A stretch of DNA of 64,000 bases from Eledone cirrhosa (taxonomy: Eukaryota): assembly GCA_964016885.1 (NCBI GenBank), contig OZ024742.1, forward strand, positions 335,172,001 to 335,236,000. The letters are read 5' to 3'. Made by a program: the position numbers and the translations under genes. This document shows, in pieces, positions 54,131-64,000 of the stretch. Every line of letters starts with the position of its first letter. The first letter of the stretch is position 1. The notes beneath the pieces are model-generated. The model was not told the origin of the DNA. It did no database searches and saw nothing but the letters and a program-made list of their open reading frames with translations.

Positions 54131-54440
54131 CTCTTTCTTTCAATTCCATATTATCACCCTATAGCTAGGCTTTTATGATTTATGATGTTTTTCTTGCGTA
54201 TGATTGTTTATGCTTTTGATGATTATTGTGGTATAAGTATTTTTATATTTGGATTTTGTTTTCTTTTTGTTTTTTGTGTTTTTAATGAACGGTAATCGAT
54301 ATTTGTGCATTCAGTATGATTTCTTTAGAAGTTACATATTGATCATTTACAGAAAATTTTAGTTTTCAGTTTCAAGCCGATATATTTGAATCTGAGTTTC
54401 AATTATATATATATATATACCTACACGCACACACACACAC

Positions 54441-54474
<34 letters not shown>

Positions 54475-54573
54475 TGTGTGTATGTGTGTTCGTGTGTTTG
54501 TGTGCGTGCATGCGTGTGTTATGTTATATTGTACTGTATTATATTGTATTACATTATATTATATTATAATATA

Positions 54574-54667
54574 AGGTTAACTTTGCCTTTCATCCTTACG
54601 GGGTCGATAAAATAAAGTACCAGTAATGTACTGGGTAATTGCTGGCCTTGTGCCAATAGTAGAAACA
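54574..54667 (+). mobile_element. SINE family A 3' half with (TATTA)n tail
   Basis: Core and tail followed by a pentanucleotide run. Confidence 0.88.
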
Positions 54668-55664
54668 ATTATATTATATTATATTATATTATATTATATT
54701 ATATATTATATTATACCGAGTCAATGCTACATATTTTTTTAATACAATATTCTTTAAAATAAATGGCTTAGTAATTGCAGTGTTCGGCTCACGATCATAA
54801 GATAATGCGTTTGATTACAGGAGTTGCACATTGTCCTTGTGTAAGATAATTTATTTCACAGAAAACTTAATCGGCAAAAACTAGTTGTATCTATTATTCA
54901 AACAGCCAGTCGTGTCACAGACTGTTTCGCGCAGAATTGCCTTGCGAATTACTTTAATGGTGTAAATGCCTGTAGGATGCTCAAGACGACATGGTTCTAC
55001 TTCTATAGAGGGCCGGTGTCTGGGTATTTAGTACCCGAGGCTAGCTCTACAATGAGCACATTCTTCTCCCAGTTATGCAACTTATTCTCCATAATGAAAT
55101 AATTTCGACTTACTGATTACCAAGCTGGCGAACCTTTCTTTTATTTTATTACAGAAAATTACTAAGACAGTATTTCTACTGCGCAGCGCACTCATCCACC
55201 CCAAATTATGTGACAGATCATAACACCATGCGACAATTTCCACAACACTACTACACTGAAAGCATTTATTTTCCTTGTCAGCAATCCTCTAGATAATACA
55301 ATTTCGTAGAAAAGGTGGTAATGTATAATTACATCCAAGTTGCACAAGGTTTTGAACGAACAAGCCGCTGTAAAGATGCGTTTAAGACAATATAATAACA
55401 TAGAGACTAACGACAGATGTGCACAGTAATCACTGAATGCGAAGGAAATGACCAGTGTATGGGGAAATACGAATGAATATAAAAAATACGGGAGGAATTT
55501 TGTCCACTAAAGCAGAAAACGAAGAAGTACGTATAGACAAAAGTCTTGTGACTAGGACGAAACAAGTGACTGTACAGGTGAATATGAAACGTGCTTTTCG
55601 ACTAAAACAATCAGCCAGGAGGGGCAAATGTCTAATGACTAGGATAAAACAAGAGACAGTACAG

Positions 55665-55860
55665 CATACCTACCACCCTCTAAAAACCTAAACGGGGAGC
55701 ACCATGAAAATAAGTGCCTCAAAATGGGGAGAAATGGGGCAAAAAAGGAGAGATTTTTCGTAATGAAAGCTATACCCATTTTCATATGAGAAAACATCTC
55801 TCACCCACCCCAAAATGGGTAGGAAATCTCCCCGTCGGACGGGGAGAGTTGACAGGTCTG
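55665..55860. mobile_element. 196-bp MITE with imperfect TIRs and 6-bp TSD GTACAG
   Basis: Left CATACCTACCACCCTC, right end reverse complement CAGACCTGTCAACTCTC; GTACAG at 55659-55664 and 55861-55866. Confidence 0.6.
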
Positions 55861-56254
55861 GTACAGTTTAAGTTGAGCAAGTTTTTTGGGGTACTTCTTT
55901 ATATTTTACTGCTACTTACTTGCACAATTATGTATATAATTATTTTTCATCATATTAAAATGCATTGCAATGCATCTAGATATATTTTATAATAACACTC
56001 GTTTTTTATAACTTTATAAATCACTACAAGCTTTTGTAGCATATTTGCAACACGCTTTCTTTTGTATTTTATAAATTGGTCCTGGTGGCCATAAAACATA
56101 GATTTATTACTATTGGTGAAGCTGCTGTTATCATATTGGCTATTTTTAATGCAGTTGTTTTTACTATGATTTGATTCATTTATTTATTATTGTTCTTGTC
56201 TCTTTAGTTGACGTTTCATTTGTAAGTGTTCTTTCTACAATTTTTATTATTATT

Positions 56255-56457
56255 TGGCAGTATCGGTGGAGCGTCGGACGCCATTCTTTGCAGCATAGAG
56301 TTGCGGCCCTTTACGTTCTGGGTTCAAATCTCGTCTAGGTTAACTTTGCCTTTCATCCTTACGGGGTCGATAAAATAAAACACCAGTAATACACTAGGGT
56401 CGATTTCATCGACTTTCCCCTCCTCCAAAATTGCTGGCCTTGTGCCTAAAGTAGAAA
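56255..56457 (+). mobile_element. SINE family A (long variant)
   Basis: A/B boxes, core, long tail, ATT run. Confidence 0.9.
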
Positions 56458-57813
56458 TTATTATTACTCCTACAGCTATTTCAGTTGCAGTCATTGTATA
56501 TTTTCTATTTTCATTGCTCCTGCAATGTTGATTGTGCAACAGCTGTAGCTGTTTCATGCTGCTTTCTAACAGTAGATCTTATTGTTATTGTTGTAATTTT
56601 AATATTACTGCTCTTTTTCTTCTCTTATTGCGAATACCAAAATACTTTCAAAAAGAAAAAAATGCCAATTTGGGGAACAATGGCAACAAATGGCGGCATG
56701 ATATTTTTTTCTAAACTATTAGAATATTCAAGATGTTTTGAAAAAATTCTAATTATATAATTTGTGAAAATTCTTTTAAAAAGACAAAAAAAAAACATTA
56801 TTGCATGTTGTATTCTGTGGGTTAACGAATACTAAATCAAAACTGAAAATAATAATAATAATTTCCAATGATGACCATTTCAATATGCAACTGATGGAAA
56901 GAATGAAATATGCAATAATATAGAAAATGCCTTTCCAATTTATGTATCGATATTATCCATTTTATCAATATAAGACTTCTTATTTGAATATCACTTAAGA
57001 GATACAATGAATCATTTTAAAGTATCATATGGAAACATATACAATATGTTTATGTATAGTCACGATGTGGGTACTTTAAGCTGTGATCATATTGCTGCTA
57101 CTTCACTAATCCTGTAAGACGTATTTCAGAATGTTTAATCATCTTCAGTGGACGTTTGCTTACTACGACAATGAGGCACAGAAGTCAATAGCTTCTATAT
57201 AGATTTTGTAAATACGCCATTTTGACAAGCTAGTATAACACTAATACAGCATGATTCTGAATAGAGGTGAATATCGAAAAATATACAATATGTTTATGTA
57301 TAATAAACATACATTTAGTCTCACTGTAAGTATTTTAAACTATTATCAAATAACAACCTCAGGGATTTTTGTTGAATTGACTTGCAGACCTGTTCGTTAG
57401 TGATATGATCTATGTATGAGGAAGGAGGTGAATTGTCGTTAGAACGTCGGTAGAAAGTTTTAGGGTGTTCGTTCCGGCTCTCTACTCTCGGAGTTCAAAT
57501 CCCGCCGAGGTCAAATTTGCCTTTCATCCTTTCGAGGACGATAAAAAAAAGTACCAGTCTTATACTGGAGTCAATTCTTCCTCTATATCTCTTTCACATT
57601 CCCTCTCTCTCACTTTCTATCTTTCTCTGGAAGAAATCTGCTGTACTGAGGTCTGGAGAGGGATGGGCTCCGCCAAGCTTAAAAAAGTGCCTAAGAAACG
57701 CTGTATGTGAATACGGCGCCCCTACGACTTTATCAGGATTTACGGGATCATACCATATCTATGTATGAGCTGTCTAAAATGTTGTAGTAGCATCTCATTA
57801 TTAGTGCCTGTAT

Positions 57814-58145
57814 GAGAGCGGTGGATTGGCAGTATCGGTAGAGCGTCGGACACCATGCTTTGTCGCATAGAGTTACGCCCCTTTACGATCTGAGTTCAAA
57901 TTCTGCTGAGGTTAACTTTGCCTTTCATCCTTACGGCGTCGGTAAAATAAAGTACCAGTCACGCACTGGGTTCGATTTAATCGAATTTCCCCTCCCCCCA
58001 AAGTGCTGACCTTGTGCCTATATAATAAACCATTATTAGCAAATCCCGCCGAGGTTAACTTTGCCTTTCATCCTTACGGGGTCGATAAAATAAAGTACCA
58101 GTAATACACTGGGTAATTGCGGGCCTTGTGCCTAACGTAGAAACA
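57814..58145 (+). mobile_element. Stacked SINE family A pair (long + short) bounded by 17-bp TSD ATTATTAGTGCCTGTAT
   Basis: TSD at 57797-57813 and 58146-58162; internal ATTATTAG at the junction. Confidence 0.92.
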
Positions 58146-59199
58146 ATTATTAGTGCCTGTATCTTTTTCTGTCTCTGCAGTAAGTGACCATGTCTCGCAT
58201 TCGTACAGAGAGCCCCAATGCACACAAAAGTCTATGGTTCTTCATAGTGATATTTTGTATTTTTCATATTGGTTTGAACTTGGTTAATGCCGTCATTGTC
58301 AGTGTGGTAGGCGTGTGTCTGTGTTTATATGGTGTTTGTCTATCACAAAGAATTTATTTGTTTGCACGCGTGAATTGTGCGGTTGCGGGTCTGTATATTT
58401 GTGTTTGTTTGTCCAAGTGTGAATATATATATATTTATTTGTATGTGTGTTTGTTTATGTGGCTGTGTGTATTTGTATGCATGTTTGTGTTTGTGTGTGT
58501 GTGCATGGATTTGTGTGACTGTATGTATTTCTGTGTCTGTCCGCATGTGTTGGTGTGTCTGTGTGTCTGTGTATGTATATATTTACACGCGACCATTGTG
58601 TGTTTTTTGAACATGTGTGTATTTGTGTGAATGTGTGTAACTGTGAGTTTGTGTGTGTGTGTACGTGTATTATGTGGATGTATGTGTGTGTGTGTACATG
58701 TGTGCGTGTGTTATGTATGTGCGTGTTTATTTGTTTGTATGCGACCTGAAGAATTTTATCATGTTTGCTCGCAAGTATTTCTAAATGGAAGTATTCCTAT
58801 TTTTTAGACATGGAATTATTTCATTGCTATTTCTCTGTTAGAATTATGAAGAATTCAGAAGAATTCAGAATGTCCAAGAAGTGACATCGGCACTACCCCT
58901 CAGTTAAACTGAAGTAAGGACAACACAAACTTTTTCATAATGTTTTTTTCTAAACGCTGGATTAGCAATATCAATAGAGCATCGGACGACATCTTTTCGG
59001 CATATAGTTACGGTTCTTTACGTTCTAAGTTCAAATCCTGCCGTGGTTATGTTTCGCCGTAAAAATCATTTTTATCTTTTAATTTTCCACACACAAAAGG
59101 GTGGCGTAAAGTAATATTATGTATGAGACACTAGAGAATATATGTTATAGTGAGATAAAACTTTAAATGAAAATTTCCAGTTTCCACATATTTTGAACA

Positions 59200-61291
59200 A
59201 TGTTTAAAAGCGTTTCCAAAGAGTTTCAGAAAAATTTGCGAGAAATTTTGGTGAAATTATTTCGAAAATATTTTGATATAACCTTTAAGAAAATTTCGAG
59301 GAAATCTTTTGGGATACGTTTCCAGAAAAGTTTTCGTGAAATTTCTAGGACAAGTTTCGAAAAATTATGAGAGAAATATTTACAAAAGTTTTTTAAAAGA
59401 CGCATGAGATTTTGTGAGCGGTTTTGGTGAAATTATTTCGAAAACATTTTAATAAAACCTTTAAGAAAATTTCGAGGAACACTTTTGATGAAATCTTCAG
59501 TAAAAGTTTTGAAAATTTCTTTCAAAACGTTGCATAAAATTTTGGGAAAGAATTTGGTGAATTCTTTTCGAAAACATTTTGATAAAATTTTACATAAAAT
59601 TTCGAGAAAATTTTGATGAAGTTATTTGGAAAAGTTTCGAAAAATTTTGAGAGAAATGTTTTTAAAAGTTAAAATATCTAAAAACGTTTTTGGTCAACTA
59701 TTTTCGAAAACGATTTTGATAAATCTTTAAATGAAATTTCGGAGAAATGTTTTTAGAAAACTTTTCAGAAAAATTTTGATGAAATTTTTGGGAAAAGTTT
59801 CGAAAGCGTTTGAGAAGAATGTTTTAAAATGTTTCAAAAAAACTGTAGAAAATTTTATGAGAGACTTTGGTGAAATTTTTTCGAAAACGTTTTTTCGAAA
59901 AGCTTTAAGAAAAACTTCCAGGAAAACTTTTGAGAAAACGTTTCCAGACAACGTTTCCAGAAAGATTTTGATGAAATTTCTGGGACAAGTGTCAAAATAT
60001 TTTGATAGAAATATTTACCAAAGTTTTCAAACAGCTGCAGAAAGCTTTGCGGGACATTTTGGTGAAATTATTTCGAAAACATTTTGATATGACCTTAAAG
60101 AAAATTTCAAGGAAAACTTTTGGGATACGTTTCCAGAAAAATGTTGGTGAGATTTCTGGGACAAGTTTCGAAAAATTATGTGAGAAACATTTACAAAAGA
60201 TTTTAAAAGATTCATGAAATTTTGTGAGAAATTTTGGTGAAATTTTTTCGAAAACATTTTCATAAAACTTTAAAAAAGAATTCGTGGCAAATTTTGAGAA
60301 CATTTTTCAGAAAAGTTTTGGTGAAATCGCTGGGAGAAGTTTTAGAAACTTTTGAGAGAATATTTTCAAAAGTTTTTTTTAAAGAAATTGCAGAATATTT
60401 TTCGAGCAATTTTGGTGAAATTGTTTCGAAAACATTTTGATGAAACTTTAAGGAAAATTTTGAAGAAATTTTTGATGAAATCTTCAGTAAAAGTTCTGAA
60501 AAATGTTGAGAGAAATGTTTTTAATTTTTTTCAAAAAGTTGCAGAAAATTTTGAGATAGATTTTGGTGAATTTTTTCGAAAACATTTTGGTAAAATATTA
60601 CATAAAGTTTCGAAGAAAATTTTGATGAAATTATTTGGAAAAGTTTCAAAAACTTTTGAGAGAAATGTTTTTAAAAGTTTTCAAAAAGGTTTCACAAATA
60701 TTTACGAGAAACTTTGGTGGAATTTTTTCGAAAATGATTTTGACAAGATTTTAAAGATAATTTCAAGGAAAATGTTGGTAAAATGTTTAGGAAAAGTTTC
60801 GGAAATCTTTGAGAGAAATGTTTTAAAATTTTTTCCAAAAGTTGCAGAAAATATTGCGACAAATTTTGGGAAATTGTTTCGAAAGCATTTATATAAAACT
60901 TTGAAGAAAATACGAGGAAAATTTACATGAATTTTTTGTAAAAGTTTCGAAAAATTGAGAGAAACGTTTAAAAGAAGTTTTCAGAAAATTGCAGAAAATT
61001 TTGCGAGAAATATTGATGAAATTATTTTGAAAACATTTTGATAAAACTTTAAAAAAAGTTTTGATGAAATTTTTGGAAAAGTTACGAAGATTTTGAGAGA
61101 TATGTTTAAAAGAATTTTCAAATAATTACAGAAAAGTTTGCGAGAAACCTGGGTGAAATGTTTTTGAAAAGAATTTTGATAAAACTTTAAATAAATTTCG
61201 CGGAAAATTTTGGTTAAAACCTTTCCTAAAAGTTTTGTAGAAATTTTTGGGAAAAGAAAATATCAAGGAAAATTTTTGAGGAAACTTTTTA

Positions 61292-61295
<4 letters not shown>
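59200..61295. repeat. Degenerate A/T-tract satellite, ~130-190-bp units, ~13 copies
   Basis: TTTGGTGAAATT.TTTCGAAAACATTTTGAT-like motif recurs at ~59246, 59422, 59553, 59866, 60057, 60232, 60410, 60562, 60712, 60864, 61012. Confidence 0.88.
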
Positions 61296-61389
<94 letters not shown>

Positions 61390-61509
61390 TATATATGGTT
61401 GTCTGAAAAGAACGCGAAAGACAGTTAATATATAACTGCCTTACGTCTTTGAAATATGTATAATGAATAAAATAGGGATGTACGAATAAAATCGTCTCTC
61501 TTATATACG

Positions 61510-61558
<49 letters not shown>

Positions 61559-62050
61559 CTATCTAGCCTGACACGGCACGTCTATCTCGCCTTTCTACAT
61601 CACCGATATTCTTCAAGGAAAAAGTACAGTCCAATACTGCTTGGCAGTAATGACGTTGATTTCCATTTGGGTCGTAGTTTTTGATGACTGCCGAAAGAGA
61701 TTTAATGATTTGGTGACTCTGTACTTGTTGTAGAGTCGGATATATTACTTGTATTGCGTTTAATTCGTACTTTAGTTTCTCGCGAATGCTGGCTAATAAC
61801 CTAATATGGCGAAAATCTAGTAGCAATCAACCCAAATATAATGTAAGGTGTACGTGTGTGCATATGTGTGTCCGCGTTTGTGTGTGCGTGTATGTGTGTG
61901 TGTGTGTGTGTGTCTGCGTGTGTGTATGTAGGTGTGGGAGTGTTGTGTGTGTATATGCGTGTGTATATGCGTGCGTTAGTGATATGCTAAAGTACCGGGG
62001 CTGAACATGACACTACATAATTGAGGAGCGAACTCTTTAACCCCACGGCC

Positions 62051-62315
62051 ATATCTGTATCTATAATATATATACCTACACAGCCACACACGCATATACA
62101 TGTATATGGGGTAATATGTGTAGGTATAATTATAAATATGTGTCAGTGTGAGTGTGTGTGTGTTTGTGTATGTTTGTGTGTGAGTCCTGTGTTCAATCGG
62201 CGGTAAATATAGTTAGTAAGGTACTCAATACATTAGTAGGATGTAAACGGTTTCATTGAAAAGGGAAACCCTGACGATTTATTTTGAATGAAACAGTTCT
62301 AATCCTGTTGAAACC

Positions 62316-62401
<86 letters not shown>

Positions 62402-63483
62402 TTCTTAAAATAACAGATTAAAGTTTAAGCAAAGAATCGCTGCTTTCACCCTTAACGGGATCTTACTTATTTGCATAGGTAAGTATATATTACCCGTATG
62501 TTTTGGGAAGGTACGTATACCTTCCCGTACGTATATTTGATTGTTATGGCGTATAATTTTTATATATTCTGGTACATATGATTTGGCTATGTGTATACGG
62601 GAGTTTTGCGTCTGTGTGAGTATGCAGGTTCGTACGTATGGTGGGTGTGTGTATATGTGTACTTCATGTTTTAGTTGACTTACGCCTCCGAACATTCGTG
62701 TATTTATATGTAGGTATATGTGTGCGCTTGTTATATACGTATTTATTTATTTATATACGTTTCTATAATTATTTATTTATTTGTATACACGCATACACAC
62801 ACACACATATTTATATGTGCGTGCTTTTGTATACCTATGGTAAGTTTTTGCGTATGCTTGTGAATGTACGTATTTGTTTGCGTGTATGTATTTATTTATT
62901 TATATTACTTCTGTATTATATTTATTTACTTTGTTCTTAACTCTGTAGCGGAGATCCATTTGATCTCCTAGTTAGAATTTTTGTCTACGACTTCTGCTAT
63001 ACCATTTACGTGGTTTTGTCTTTGCGTGCTAGTGTTCTCCACGGTCCACATATGACGTATTATCTTCGTTTTTTCGCTAAATGCCAGAGAACGCTTCTAT
63101 GCACCACCTAAGAGAACATTAGTCTACGACCTCTTTAATACCATAAACGTGGTTCTGTCTTTGCGCGTAATTGTTTTTCACCGCTCCTATTAATGACGTA
63201 TTATTCGTTTTTTCCCGTTCTTTGACAGCGAACGTCACCATGAACCAAAGTATCGTCTTCCTGTCTTCCTCCGGTTGCAACGTTTTTTGAAATATCCACT
63301 TCTGCGTTTACAGATTGACTTTGTTAGTTTCAGAAGATCCCGTTAAGGGTGAAAGCAGCGATTCTTTGCTTAAACTTTAATCTGTTATTTTAATAAATAT
63401 TTGCTCTACGGTTCTTATATATTTGATATATATGTATCCTTATCGAGCCCTCTTTGGATTTTAGTCTTCAAATTTATTATTAT

Positions 63484-63521
<38 letters not shown>

Positions 63522-63732
63522 CCAAAGATTAATATGGTTCATTGATTACTCAATGAATACAGTTTTACAATAGATTAAAAGCACTCAACAATAAAGTTTT
63601 CCTGGAGATTTTAATATTATTCAAAATATTAACAAATGAAGATATTCACATAATCAAAATATAATCAATATATATTTTCATTATGTGAATATCTTCATTT
63701 GTTAATATTTTGAATAATATATATATATATGT

Positions 63733-63799
<67 letters not shown>

Positions 63800-63826
63800 C
63801 ATTTTAGTCTTCAAATATATTATTAT

Positions 63827-63867
<41 letters not shown>

Positions 63868-63971
63868 AACATGTATACAAACATTTTATAATCATACCTA
63901 CACATATTACCGCCATATATATGTATATGTGTATGTGGCTGTGTAGGTATATATATTATACATACAGATAT
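62051..63971. repeat. Nested inverted repeats of PLE-like termini (62051-62136/63886-63971; 62405-62464/63334-63393), palindrome 63614-63720, HHR relics ~62271 and ~63331
   Basis: Direct reverse-complement matches; CTGACGA..GAAACAG..CTGTT and CAGAAGA-TCCC-GTTAA-GGGT-GAAA. Confidence 0.75.
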
Positions 63972-64000
63972 ATATATATATGCATTTATATGTGTATATA

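Noticed and set aside
59727-60930. K/F/L-rich ORFs up to 192 aa
   Set aside because: Satellite-derived; frame not preserved between units
61563-61826. 87-aa non-repetitive ORF (also 33418-33654 and 40332-40520)
   Set aside because: No recognisable family; could be exons or TE relics but needs BLASTx/RNA-seq

Overview
Eukaryotic, AT-rich, repeat-dominated DNA in which I can recognise no host gene. The SINE families and the very high (TA)n/(CA)n/(GATA)n/trinucleotide microsatellite load resemble an octopus/cephalopod genome; that assignment is inference. The only intact coding unit is a ~5.5-kb L1/Tx1-type non-LTR retrotransposon (minus strand, ORF1 zinc knuckle, ORF2 APE-RT-Zn finger) with (GATA)n at both ends. 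Also present: a 5'-truncated Penelope-like element (PLE) with a GIY-YIG endonuclease, relics of RTE, CRE and probably Vingi LINEs, about 20 copies of one tRNA-derived SINE plus other SINEs, a small MITE, and minisatellites. The most striking unannotated layer is about 16 type-I hammerhead ribozyme (HHR) motifs or relics from several families, including U3:A8 core variants. Many sit in or beside long inverted repeats or palindromes (up to 963 bp) next to (TA)n tracts, consistent with decayed PLE pseudo-LTRs. A cluster of five perfect POU octamer sites lies at 41.0-43.0 kb. Most long ORFs in the supplied track are microsatellite artefacts.
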